This document shows positions 28,570 through 41,210 of a stretch of 64,000 bases of DNA, piece by piece. Under the pieces are notes generated by a model that ran no database searches, was not told the DNA's origin, and saw only the letters and a list, made by a program, of their open reading frames with translations. The stretch lies in assembly GCA_951406725.2 (NCBI GenBank), contig OX597831.1, positions 83,576,001-83,640,000 on the forward strand. Reading direction: 5' to 3'. The stretch's first letter is position 1. Each line of letters opens with the position of its first letter. A program made the translations under genes and the position numbers. Origin of the DNA: Octopus vulgaris. Its lineage: Eukaryota.

Positions 28570-28766
28570 TACTCTTTTACTTGTTTCAGTCATTTGACTG
28601 TGGCCGTACTGGAGCACCGCCTTTAGTCGAGAAAATCGACCCCAGGACTTATTCTTTGTAAGCCTAGTACTTATTCTATCGGTCTCTTTTTGCTGAACCG
28701 TTACGGGGACGTAAACACACCAGCATCGGTTGTCAAGTGATGTTGGGGGGACAAACACAGACACAC
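28570..28766 (-). mobile_element. 3' half of a tRNA-derived SINE
   Basis: Reverse complement of the 8755-8924 tail (gctggtgtgtttacgtcc...ggggtcgat...actgaaacaagtaaaaga). Confidence 0.85.
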
Positions 28767-28867
28767 AAACTTACATGTATAAATATATATCTATATATAT
28801 ACATATATGCATATATATATATATATATATACATACATATATATATGTACATGTATATATGTATATG

Positions 28868-28968
<101 letters not shown>

Positions 28969-28995
28969 AAGGGTGAAAAGGAACACACGAGTTGA

Positions 28996-29185
28996 TATAT
29001 ATGAAAAAACAAGTCAAAAATAGAAAATGCTAAAATAATTTTATAGTGAACATTTCAGGACCCAGGTTTCAAGGTGTTTGCCTATTGTCAACGTATGGCA
29101 GGCACCACCCCTCGACGCTGGATCCTGAAATGTTCACTATAAAATTATTTTAGCATTTTCTATTTTTGACTTGTTTTTTCATATA
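28996..29185. repeat. Near-perfect ~70-bp-arm palindrome within (TA)n
   Basis: gaaaaaacaagtcaaaaatagaaaatgctaaaataattttatagtgaacatttcagga / exact reverse complement at ~29123-29180. Confidence 0.95.
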
Positions 29186-29260
29186 TATATATATATATAT
29201 ATACATACATACATATACATATATACATATACATATATATATATATATACATACATACAT

Positions 29261-29293
<33 letters not shown>

Positions 29294-29399
29294 TATGTAT
29301 ATGTATGTATATGTATGTATGTATATATATATATACATACATACATATACATATATACATATACATATACATATATATATATATATATATATACATATG

Positions 29400-29443
<44 letters not shown>

Positions 29444-29485
29444 CATATACATATATACATATACATATATACATATACATATATA

Positions 29486-29736
29486 ACCAGGGCAGGTAAC
29501 ACACTGGATCTCTGCTTCACAAATAATATGGATCTCATCCATAATGTGACAATGACACCGACACTACTCTCGGATCACAACATGGTAGAGCTGACCATGT
29601 ACGGGCCAAAGGAAAGCATGGACATGCAGCCTACAAGAAACCCTCAGAATCTTTCCAGCTTGAACTTCCATAAGGCAAACTGGAAACAAATTGAGAAAGA
29701 GATCCTCAAACAAAACTGGCCTGAATGTCTCTCCTC

Positions 29737-29799
<63 letters not shown>

Positions 29800-31272
29800 A
29801 TATATATATATATATATTGATTACATCAATATAAAGGAAGACGATGTAATAAAGGCTATAGATGAGATGAAAACAAACTCAGCTACTGGCCCCGATGGAT
29901 TCCCGGCAATCCTTCTAAAAGTATGTAAGAGAGTTCTAGCAAGACCACTGCAGTCTCTCTTTCAGAGCTTCCTTGCAACTGGCAAACTTCCAAGAAAACT
30001 GAAGGAAGGTAAGATATGCCCTATTCATAAAGGAGGTAGCAGAGCGGAGGCCAAGAACTACAGACCTATCTCTCTGACCTCACACATCAGCAAGGTCATG
30101 GAACGAATAGTCAGAAGGAAACTAATCACCTTCCTTGAAGAAAATGACTTGCTGTCTGACACCCAACATGGTTTCCGACCAGGAAGAAGCTGCTTAACTC
30201 AGCTCCTACAACACTATGACTGGGTGCTGAAACGACTGCTCAACCACTCAAATGTGGAAGTCATATATCTCGACTTTGCAAAGGCCTTTGATAAAGTCGA
30301 TCATGGAATGATATGTCACAAACTGCGTGATCTTGGCATAGTTGGAAAATTGGGAGAATGGCTTCATGACTTTCTGAAAAATAGAAGTCAGGTGGTAGTA
30401 GCCAATCCATTAACACGCAAATAGTGAGCGGTGTTCCGCAGGGCACTGTTTTGGGACCACTACTGTTCATAATGGCCCTCTCAGACATGCCCTCAGCCAC
30501 GCAGAGAGCCACGATCACAAGTTATGCAGATGATACAAAAGTTTCGCAGGCAATACAGAACCCTGAAGACACTAAGCACCTGCAATGTGAGCTGGACAAA
30601 ATATACAAGTGGGCTGAAAAGAATAGCATGCAGTTCAATGCTGAAGAGTTTCAAGCTTTATGCTATCAGCATGCAAAACTGAATGCAATACCCAATGAAT
30701 ACACTGGACCCGGAGGGATTGCAATCCCAGAGGCACAATCAGTGCGTGACCTGGGTATTCACATGAGTGATGACGCGACTTTTCATGTACGTGTTGCTAA
30801 ACTGGCAATGAAATGTAGACGGCTGGCCGGATGGATTCTCAGAACCTTTAGAACAAGAGAACAAGAAACCATGATGGTCCTCTGGAAGACACTTGTCCTA
30901 AGCCACTTTGACTATTGCTCTCAGCTATGGTCACCATCCAGTGTCAAGTTGATCACAGAACTTGAGGCGATCCAACGAAGCTACACGAAGAAGATAGCCT
31001 CTGTGCAGCATATAAGCTACTGGGAAAGACTCAAGAGATTAAAGCTCTATTCCCTGGAGCGTAGGCGAGAAAGATATGCCATAATATATATCTGGAAGAT
31101 CCTGGAAGAATAAAGGCTATAGATGAGATGGAAACAAACTCAGGTACTGGCCCCGATGGATTCCCGGCAATCCTTCTAAAAGTATGTAAGAGAGTCCTAG
31201 CAAGACCACTGCAGTCTCTCTTTCAGAGCTTCCTTGCAACTGGCAAACTTCCAAGAAAACTGAAGGAAGGTA
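29486..31272 (+). mobile_element. Rearranged LINE ORF2 fragments (APE end, RT)
   Basis: [55 protein letters not shown]; TA tract at 29740-29815; 31110-31272 repeats 29850-30012. Confidence 0.93.
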
Positions 31273-31673
31273 AAATATATCAATCATCGCCGCCTCTGAC
31301 CCCATATCTGCAGTGGTGAAGAAGTCAGTTGGATTGCTGATTTGGAAATGCCCAAGGGGTGGGGTGAAAACACTCTTGAATTGCTCATTTAGTATTTCAC
31401 TTACCCTCATTGGATTTCCTGTGAGTGTGCCATCCCTTTCAAGGAGTGGCCCTATCCTACAGTGCACCGTAGCTGTTTCTTTGGCATACCTGTAGAAAGC
31501 TCTGGGGTTCGATTTTATGTTGTCTATAGCCCAGGCTTCTTTGTCTGCTCTTTCCTTTTCATGGGAGAGTTGCAGACATTTTTCAATTCCCAACAGTTTC
31601 ATTTCCAGGCAGGACTTTTCACTGCTTTCAATTTGTTTGTTTAGGCGATTTGAGATTTTTGTACGCCGTCTCA

Positions 31674-32756
31674 TTAGAATTTTCCTCTCTCTGGGGATTT
31701 TGTTCTTGTGTACAGTGGCCTTTCTCTCTGGGACACATTGTAGCATATGGCTTGCGTTACAGACATGAATTGTTGAAGTTTCATGTCGATGTCTGGCGAG
31801 GAGAGACATTCAGGCCAGTTTTGTTTGAGGATCTCTTTCTCAATTTGTTTCCAGTTTGCCTTATTGAAGCTCAAGCTGGAAAGATTCTGAGAGTTTCTTG
31901 TAGGCTGCATGTCCATGGTTTCCTTTGGCCCGTACATGGTCAGCTCTACCATGTTGTGATCCGAGAGTAGTGTCGGTGTCACTTTCACATTATGGATGAG
32001 ATCCATATTATTTGTGAAGCAGAGATCCAGTGTGTTACCTGCCCTGGTTGGTTGGAGTATTACTTGCTCCATGTACAGAGTGTTGATGAGGTTCAGGAGG
32101 GACCTCGCCTGTCCTCGTTTGCATCGTGTCATTCCTGGGAGAGAAAGGCCCTCGGGCCATCTGACATTGGGTAGATTGAAGTCTCCCATGAGAAGTACAC
32201 TTATGTGTTGTTCTAGTGTGACTAGAACTTCTATTTTTATAAGGCAGTCTTCAAACTTGCCCATATGGCTTGGGGCATCTGGAGGGCTATATGTAGCACA
32301 TATAACTACACCAAGTTGCCTTAAATGGACAATTAGTGTGTCACACACCGAGTTTGTGTATGACAAAAGGACCTGGGGTGTGAGGTCCTCACGGATGTAC
32401 ATAGCAACTCCTCCATGACTCCTTTCTTTTCTGTCGGTCCGTAGTACAACATACTGTGGTATGTGTAATTCCGCATCCGCTATGTCCGGTTTCAGGTGTG
32501 TTTCCGTAAGTGCTATGCATAAAGCTTGATTGCATGCAACAAAGTCTCTCAAGAAAGGGATTTTTGTCCTGTTACTGTGTGTTAGTAGTCCTCTGATGTT
32601 CAGTAGGAGCATCGAGGTGAGGTGTATGCTGTTGCCGGTGGTGTCCACCTTGGGTCTATTTGCTGTGGTGGTCTTGTGAACTGTGGATAGTCCCATTTGC
32701 GAGCTTGAGTTTGATGGAGCCAGGTTAGCTGCTGTACAATCTTTTGTGTCATGCAC
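31674..32756 (-). pseudogene. LINE ORF2 N-terminus (AP endonuclease), frameshifted downstream
   Basis: 360-aa ORF with complete APE motifs; continues in another frame (31117..31809 ORF). Confidence 0.88.
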
Positions 32757-33493
32757 AAAAAAGATTCTTGTTCAGCAGCTGCCCTTTCAACAACACTTTG
32801 GCGGTTTGTGGCACGCACCACATCTGCGTACCTCCGTTTTGGGGCAGGTGGTGCGTGGTCCATCCCTTTTCCTTTCGGTAGTTGGTTTCTGACCTGTTTC
32901 GTGTCTCTGCGGCAGGGTCCCGGATGTGCAAAACGGCAGCCTGCACCTTCCTCTCCATGCCAGCAGGCACCTCTCAGGTAGAACCTACACACCCGTGTGC
33001 GCTGCTTGTTTCCATCCTTTTTGGTATATGGATAGTCAGGTTTGCTTCTATCCTTGGCTGTTTCGTTTTTTGGTTTTGCCTGAGTTTTAGTTTTAGTTTT
33101 TCCTCCTTTTTTGGTTCTTTCATCTCCATGGCTTTTGGTACTGGTAGGAGCACTTGCACTTGGGTTTACTTCCCGGGCAGGTTTCTCACTGGAGTTTTCT
33201 TCCTGGGTGTCTACCAGGTGGGGGTGACTTTTTTCATCAGCACCCGCGTCTCCATCCTTGCCATCTTTACTTTGTTCGCTGTCAAAGATGGCATCCAGCG
33301 TGTTAATGTGCGATCTTATAAGTGCATAGGAGCGTATAAACTCCTGCTTCTTCCGCTCTATTTGAGCTAACGTCCTCTTGTATCCACTGCTCTTCAGCGC
33401 AGCCGTAATTATATTATTCGGATTATCTCCGTTGGCGCATCGCCATCCTCTCAGGAACAACGCCAATTCGTCACTTTTCCAGGTTCTGGACAT
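32600..33493 (-). CDS. LINE ORF1 protein (Myb/SANT trihelix-like N-terminus and CCCH zinc finger)
   Basis: 297-aa ORF directly upstream of and overlapping ORF2; W..DEL..FL..W...I...L..SGYKRT..QI..K...F...Y; CRFYLRGACWHGEEGAGCRFAH. Confidence 0.8.
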   Translation of the reverse strand: MSRTWKSDELALFLRGWRCANGDNPNNIITAALKSSGYKRTLAQIERKKQEFIRSYALIRSHINTLDAIFDSEQSKDGKDGDAGADEKSHPHLVDTQEENSSEKPAREVNPSASAPTSTKSHGDERTKKGGKTKTKTQAKPKNETAKDRSKPDYPYTKKDGNKQRTRVCRFYLRGACWHGEEGAGCRFAHPGPCRRDTKQVRNQLPKGKGMDHAPPAPKRRYADVVRATNRQSVVERAAAEQESFLCMTQKIVQQLTWLHQTQARKWDYPQFTRPPQQIDPRWTPPATAYTSPRCSY

Positions 33494-33584
33494 CCTTGAT
33501 ATTTTATCTATCTATCTATCTATCTATCTAATTATATTAATTTATATTAATTTAATAGTGCAATAGGGGGTAGGGAAGAAATAG

Positions 33585-34220
33585 AGAAAGAGAGCGTCTA
33601 TGTACTTAAAGAGAGATTGAGAGCCGAAAGAAGAGAGTAAGAAAGAAGAGAAAGAAGAGAGATTGAGAGCTGAAAGAAGAGAAAGAAAGCGTCTATGTAC
33701 TTAAAGAGAGATTGAGAGCTGAAAGAAGAGAAAGAAAGCGTCTATGTACTTAAAGAGAGATTGAGAGCTGAAAGAGGAGAGTAAGAAAGAAGAGAAAGAA
33801 GAGAGATTGAGAGCTGAAAGAGGAGAAAGAAAGCGTCTATGTACTTAAAGAGAGATTGAGAGCTGAAAGAAGAGAAAGAAAGCGTCTATGTACTTAAAGA
33901 GAGCTGAAAGAAGAGAGATTGAGAGCTGAAAGAGGAGAGTAAGAAAGAAGAGAAAGAAGAGAGATTGAGAGCTGAAAGAAGAGAGAGAGATTGAGAGCTG
34001 AAAGAAGAGAAAGAAAGCGTCTATGTACTTAAAGAGAGATTGAGGGCTGAAAGAAGAGAAGGAAAGCGTCTATGTACTTAAAGAGAGATTGAGAGCTGAA
34101 AGAAAAGAAAGAAGAGAGGTTGAGAGCTGAAAGAGGAGAAAGAAAGCGTCTATGTGCTTAAAGAGAGATTGAAATTGAGAGCTGAAAGAAGAGAGATTGA
34201 GAGCTGAAAGAAGAGAGTAA
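33585..34220. repeat. Purine-rich minisatellite in the LINE 5' UTR
   Basis: Shuffled units aagcgtctatgtacttaaagagagattgagagctgaaagaagaga. Confidence 0.9.
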
Positions 34221-35133
34221 TGAAGGGACAAGGAAAGTCGTGAGGGAGAGAAGTGAAGAGACAGAGAGAGAAAGAAGAAATAGAAAAAGAATATATATAT
34301 CTGTCCGCAGACAATTTCTAAACGAAACTAATTGCACACACACTTATACATATGTATACATATATATATACATACATACACATATATACACACATGTGCA
34401 CATACACATATATAAACAAAATAACAAATAAGTATATAAAGAAAAATAAAAGAGCTAAAAAACAGAAGCCGAGAGATTATTACAGAATGTAAACAGAGAA
34501 TAAATAGAAAAAGAAAATATATATCTGTCCGTCGCTACAGACAATTTCTTCTAAACTAAACTAATTGCGACTATACTTCTAACACACACACATACATATA
34601 TATACACATATATATATATACATATATATACAAATATATACACACATGTGCGCATACACATATATAAACAGAGTAACAAATATATATATAAAAAATAGAT
34701 GTAACGGAATTAACGATAGATTATTACAGAATGTAAACAGAGACCTTACAATGAATTACGGGAAAATAAATGAATGGAAAGGGGTACTTATCTTATAAGA
34801 GGTATACGAAGAGGTTTTTTTTTAAAAAAAGAAAAGAAAAACGGTTCTTTTTGCTGTTAGAGTCGACTGGAAATAAATTTAGAAGATTTCACCACGTGCT
34901 TACTTCGACAGGGAAATCTGGCGTGCGTTGGTAACTTTAGTGTACTATACTTGGCTTGTAGCAAAATATATTGCGATTTTTAACCAAAATATCCGAGCAC
35001 ACGTCTATAAGGTAACAATTTCTACGTTTTTTATGAGTTTTCGCCTATTATTTCGTCGATTTATGCAAACATCCTTGTTTTTTTTATCACAGAGCAAAGC
35101 AACACGTGTCTACGAAGCCGGAAGTCATATCTA

Positions 35134-36430
35134 CAGCTCCTACAACACTATGACTGGGTGCTGAAACGACTGCTCAACCACTCAAATGTGGAAGTCATAT
35201 ATCTCGACTGTGCAAAGGCCTTTGATAAAGTCGATCATGGAATGATATGTCACAAACTGCGTGATCTTGGCATAGTTGGAAAATTGGGAGAATGGCTTCA
35301 TGACTTTCTGAAGAATAGAAGTCAGGTGGTAGTAGCCAATCCATTAACACGCAAATAGTGAGCGGTGTTCCGCAGGGCACTGTTTTGGGACCACTACTGT
35401 TCATAATGGCCCTCTCAGACATGCCCTCAGCCACGCAGAGAGCCACGATCACAAGTTATGCAGATGATACAAAAGTTTCACAGGCAATACAGAACCCTGA
35501 AGACACTAAGCACCTGCAATGTGAGCTGGACAAAATATACAAGTGGGCTGAAAAGAATAGCATGCAGTTCAATGCTGAAGAGTTTCAAGCTTTATGCTAT
35601 CAGCATGCAAAACTGAATGCAATACCCAATGAATACACTGGACCCGGAGGGATTGCAATCCCAGAGGCACAATCAGTGCGTGACCTGGGTATTCACATGA
35701 GTGATGACGCGACTTTTCATGTACATGTTGCTAAACTGGCAATGAAATGTAGACGGCTGGCCGGATGGATTCTTAGAACCTTTAGAACAAGAGAACAAGA
35801 AATCATGATGGTCCTCTGGAAGACACTTGCCCTAAGCCACTTTGACTATTGCTCTCAGCTATGGTCACCATCCAGTGTCAAGTTAATCACAGAACTTGAG
35901 GCGATCCAATGAAGCTACACGAAGAAGATAGCCTCTGTGCAGCATATAAGCTACTGGGAAAGACTCAAGAGATTAAAACTCTATTCCTTGGAGCGTAGGC
36001 GAGAAAGATATGCCATAATATATATCTGGAAGATCCTGGAAGGGCTTGTTCCAAACTTTGGTATCGAGAGTCACACAAATGCCAGAACCGGGCGCCACTG
36101 CGTGGTACCAAGGACTCCAAATTTGCCATCAAGATGTAGGAGAAGATACTGTGATAGCCTGGGCTTAAGAGGCCCACAGCTCTTCAATATCCTCCCGAAG
36201 AACCTGAGGTACCTGCATGGTGTAGATGCGGATGTCTTCCTGTCAGGTGTCCCGGATGAACCAACTTCATGGCAGGAGGTGCAGATGAGGGCAGCTGCAT
36301 CGAACTCTCTCATGCACCAAATGGCAGTTGCTAAAAAGCATTCGTGAGGTAAAATCATGTAGCAAACCAAATGGCGGTGCCCCAGCATGGCCACAGCTCA
36401 TGAGCTGAAACTAGAATCAATCAATCAATC
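35134..36430 (+). mobile_element. LINE 3' part (RT to (ATCA)n tail)
   Basis: Near-identical to 30200-31108, then continues to the ggcggtgccccagcatggcc tail. Confidence 0.93.
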
Positions 36431-36519
<89 letters not shown>

Positions 36520-36524
<5 letters not shown>

Positions 36525-37078
36525 AATGTGAGGATAAAATTCTTTTCGAAAAAAAATATTTTCTCGAAAAAAATTTTATCAATGGCCAGCATATTAAAAA
36601 ATACCTTAAACGGTTAAATTTATAAACAATTCATAAATGAGAGCAAAGGAAAAAAATTCTAATGCCAAATATGCCGAAAAATTGGACATATTGTCCATTA
36701 ACCATATAATTTTTTCAGAATACGCACGCTACCTGAAAAAAGGTCGACAGAAATTTCTAAAAAAATTCCATTATTACCATATCGGACCGATTTCAGAGTT
36801 AGCTACTAAGAGCCCTCTATTCGTCAGTGATACATGTGGCAAAAGAAATAAATGAGATACTTACTCATACCCATGGAAGAAGCAAACACTAAGTCACGGG
36901 CACAACTAAGTACCCCAAATACATCCAAAATTGAAATACTCCAGCCCATTCGAGGCACGTGCAATTTGAACTGAGGCTCTCACAGGGTGAGTTAGTTAGT
37001 TCGGAAGTGAACGCTTAAATTTATATCAAATGTGAGGATAAAATTCTTTTCGAAAAAAAAATATTTTCTCGAAAAAAC
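36520..37078 (-). mobile_element. ~505-bp unit with terminal direct repeat and hammerhead motif (retrozyme/PLE-like)
   Basis: atcaaatgtgaggataaaattcttttcgaaaaaaa.tattttctcgaaaaaa at ~36521 and ~37025; hammerhead-like core on the minus strand at 36780-36832; TA tracts on both sides. Confidence 0.6.
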
Positions 37079-37099
37079 TATATACATATATATATATAC

Positions 37100-37243
<144 letters not shown>

Positions 37244-37369
37244 ATACATATACATATATATATACATATACATATATACATATATATATATATCATATAC
37301 ATATATATATATATACATGTATATACATATATATATATGTATATATATATGTATATACATGTATATATG

Positions 37370-37403
<34 letters not shown>

Positions 37404-37663
37404 TGTATATATATATGTATATATATATATGTATATATATATACATGTATATATATATGTATATATATCAGATCGCATATATATATACGCATTTTTTTCT
37501 CTCTTCTTTCTGTTATATATATGTATATATATATATGTATTATATATATATTATAGTAATATATATATGTATATATATATATGTATATATATATATACAT
37601 GTATATATATATATGTATATATATATATATGTATATATATATATACATGTATATATATATGTA

Positions 37664-37695
<32 letters not shown>

Positions 37696-37696
37696 C

Positions 37697-37749
<53 letters not shown>

Positions 37750-37833
37750 GATATATAGACATACATATAGATACATATATATATACATATATATATATAA
37801 ATATATATATAAACATATATATATATACATATA

Positions 37834-37940
37834 TACTAAGTAATTAAGGGTTTAGCAACGATTTGCCTCACCACACACCGAATTTCTAAATTTGGTGTGT
37901 GGTGAGGCAAATCGTTGCTAAACCCTTAATTACTTAGTAT
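37834..37940. repeat. Near-perfect hairpin
   Basis: tactaagtaattaagggtttagcaacgatttgcctcaccacacacc / ggtgtgtggtgaggcaaatcgttgctaaacccttaattacttagta. Confidence 0.95.
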
Positions 37941-38063
37941 TACTTAAACCTTCCTTGAATGGGGCTTTTACATGCCGAAATCTACTTGGTGAAATTAATG
38001 ATTATTCCAAATTAATTAATTTCACCCTATATTATTATTGATAATTATATACATATATATATA

Positions 38064-38293
38064 TCATCATCTTCAATGTTGATGTACTCAATTTTTGCCT
38101 CTTCGGCCGCAGGTAAAGTGGCAAAGAATTCTTCTGGGTTGTTTACTTGCCTGTGTTCTAGAGGTGTTGCGAACACAATTTGGAACTGTTCGTTCAGTAT
38201 TTGACTTATCCTCGTGGGATTTCCTGTGAGAGAGCCATCTTTTTGGAAGAGAGGTCCTATTCTCTGGTGCACTGTGGCTGTCTCTTTGGCAAA
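38064..38293 (-). mobile_element. Internal LINE ORF2 fragment between TA tracts
   Basis: [27 protein letters not shown]...IEYINIEDDD, paralogous to 31280-31490. Confidence 0.85.
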
Positions 38294-38427
38294 CTTAAAG
38301 AAAGCTTATATATGTATATATGTATATATATATATATATATATGTATATATGTGTATATATATGTATATATATATATGTATATATATAAACACATTTATA
38401 CATATATACATATACATATATATATAC

Positions 38428-38462
<35 letters not shown>

Positions 38463-38463
<1 letters not shown>

Positions 38464-38608
38464 ACAACGGGCTTCTTTCAGTTTCTGTCTACCATATCCA
38501 ATCACAAGGCTTTGGTCGGCCCGAGGCTATAGTGGAAGTCACTTGCCCAATGTGCCATGCAGTAGGATTGAACCTGGAACCATGTGGTTCGTAAGCAAGC
38601 CACTTACC
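38463..38608 (-). mobile_element. 5' (tRNA-like) head of a SINE
   Basis: Reverse complement of the 8457-8620 head (gtggtaag, ggttcaatcc, cgggccgaccaaagcc, gaaactgaaagaagcc). Confidence 0.88.
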
Positions 38609-39409
38609 ACACAACCACTCCTACGCCTATCTCTTGATTTTTTTTGTTCAAATTTCAGCTATTTTCAGAAAACTAAATATTCTGACTACATCACGTATTA
38701 CATTCAAATAGATCATTTTTGTATAATGTATACATTCCTTAAATTGTAAAAGAACACAGAAATTTTGAACATGATAGTGAATTATTATGTATTATATTTT
38801 CAAAAGATTCTAAAGTGCATTGACAGCAGGAATAAAATGTAAGACATTCATTTAATCAGAAGTGCTATTCCCCGAAAGGTGTTTTTAAATAGCGATCAAA
38901 TTGTAGTTTATATTTTCTCATATCCTACGGAGAAAATTGCTTCTTTACTGTAAGACTAGAGTTGGATCATTGTGTTTTTTGTTTAAACCAAACTCCCACC
39001 AGATTTAGAATTACTCGGCTTAATAACATAACCCTCTGTGGGACCCTCATGCACTCTTTATTCATCAAGAAATTGAAACAACTTGAAACTCCGAAGGTAC
39101 GCAAAATGGAAAATAGAGCACTTTTTTCTGTTTTGCTTAACAAAGATATTAGCTTGGAAATGTATCCCATTGTTAAAACTGCTTCAAATTTTACATCATA
39201 TTTTTTTAAATCCGTTTTCCTACGAGAACTAAGAGTTATTTTTCTCCTTTCTACTTTCACAGATTTTAAATAGTGAAAGGGAAAATTCCACTGAGTTTTG
39301 AAAGGAACAAAGAATGCTTTCATATTCAAAGAGAAAAATATTCTCTTTAGCCTCCCAGGCCTAACTGCACTTAATGTAAGAATGAGGAAATTAGCAAACA
39401 TTATTTCTT

Positions 39410-40238
39410 GAAGAATTCGAAGTATACTTTGACATAAACAAGGATCTCTACTTCTGCAAAGATATAAATGGCTTGTTTACAGCAATTGGAATTGATCACA
39501 ACCTTGAAGAATAGTGACTCTTCATAGATAACTCAACAAAAAGCCTCAAAGCTGCTTTATTACGTAATGGAAATCAGCATCCATCCTTGTCCATCAGTAC
39601 AGAGAAAGGAAGAATATGACAATGTAAAAGTGATTGTTGAGAAAGTAAACTAGGATAAGTTTAAATGAGATGTTTGTGGTGACTTCTTGCCTTCTTACTT
39701 GGATTACCGGGTGAGTACACTAAGCATTTGTGTTTTCTTTTCCTATGAGACAGTAAGGCTGATCATGAACGTTACCAGAAGATTGAGTAGCCCCCACAAG
39801 ATGACCTCCAGCTAGGAAAGCTAAATGTTATAAGACGACCTCTTGTAGAGCCTGCAAAAGTGTTGCTACCTCATCTTTCCATAAAGCTGAGTTTGGTCAA
39901 ACAGTTTGTAAAGACTTTAGATTGTGGTGGAAAAGCATTTCAATTGATTTGTCTACTCTTTCCAAAGCTGAGGCACATCAAGTAAGGAAAATCTGAGATC
40001 AGTAAAACTTGAAAATGTGATGAGTGATCTAGAAAGAGAGGCATGGTGTGCATTTCGAGATATTGTCAATGGATTCCTTGGTGATAACAAAGACCCAAAC
40101 TACAAGCAGCTCGTAGCGAAGCTTATTGAGATTTATAAGAATTTAGGCTGTAGAATGTCATTAAAGGTACACTTGTTGCATTCACATTTAGACTTTTTGC
40201 ATGAAAATTTAGGTCATGGTGAGAGATTCAATCAGGAT
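39410..40238 (+). mobile_element. Decayed Chapaev3-like transposase
   Basis: LFIDNSTKSLKAALL.NGN, GYTK-like and IKLSLVKQFVK motifs, LGCRMSLKVHLLHSHLDF, GERFNQD. Confidence 0.8.
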
Positions 40239-40277
<39 letters not shown>

Positions 40278-40900
40278 GCAGATTACCAATCAAATTTGTG
40301 GACAAAATGGTGAAACTGTATGGCACCACTAATCCAGAAAGAATATGAGACGTCATGACATTATAGCAAGGATTGTCTCTTGGACACTTTGCAACAAGTA
40401 TGGACTTGACAGAGTAAAAAAATTGATATAAACATAAACTTGAAGGCATCATCAAAAATGATAATGCAAAGATCTTATGAACTTTATGATTCAGTGCGAC
40501 CATGAGATAGAGAATAGGAAACCAGACATAGGGTTAATTGAGAAATAAAGCAAACGATGCTGGATCATAGATATAGCATGCCCAGCTAATAAGGAAGAAA
40601 GAAAAGTTAATAGATATAACAGGTTAGTTTGGGAGTTTAAGCTGTTGTGTCACTGAAAAAGCTGGTAGTAGTACCAATAATTGTTGGAGCCCTGGGAACA
40701 GTGAGTAAAAATCTCGAGAAGTACATGGAACAAATAAGGGTTGCAATAAGGGAGGAGCACTTGCAGAAAAGAGCACAGCTTGGAACCACTTGAATACTCT
40801 GGATGGTACTCAAAAAATACGGGGTGTTACCTTAGTTCACTGGTAGTGAACAACTGATACTGTAGTACATCTCTAGCATTAGAAGCTGTGCAAAGGCAAT
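40278..40900 (+). mobile_element. R4/Dong-like LINE 3' fragment (restriction-like endonuclease)
   Basis: RHD and CDHEIENRKPDI..WIIDIACP, VVPIIVGALG motifs; preceded by (AAT)n. Confidence 0.78.
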
Positions 40901-40909
40901 AAAATAATG

Positions 40910-41120
40910 GTTTCACATTTTTCCGCAATGGCAGCAATTTTGGAGGAGGGAATGAGTCGAATACATCAACCCCAGTGTTCAACTGGTTCTTATTTCATCG
41001 ACCCCGAGAAGATGACAGGCAACGTCGACCTTCGCAGAATTTGAACTCAGAAAGTAAAGAAGGACAAAATGCAGCTACACATTCCATCTGACGTGCTAAT
41101 GATTCTGCCAGCTCGTCACC

Positions 41121-41122
<2 letters not shown>
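40910..41122 (-). mobile_element. SINE
   Basis: Same family as 47240-47460; adjacent to (AAT)n. Confidence 0.75.

Positions 41123-41210
<88 letters not shown>

Larger units (their letters stand above)
31279..35126 (-). mobile_element. Inverted 5' half of the LINE: 5' UTR, ORF1 and APE endonuclease
   Basis: APE motifs LNIRGL, LTETHL, DRKERSHGGVA, MGDFN, TLDL and SDH; the 5' end carries ACTTCCGG. Confidence 0.92.

Noticed and set aside
38962-39401. Overlapping 103-aa and 144-aa ORFs
   Set aside because: No recognisable motifs or splice support; probably decayed TE sequence.
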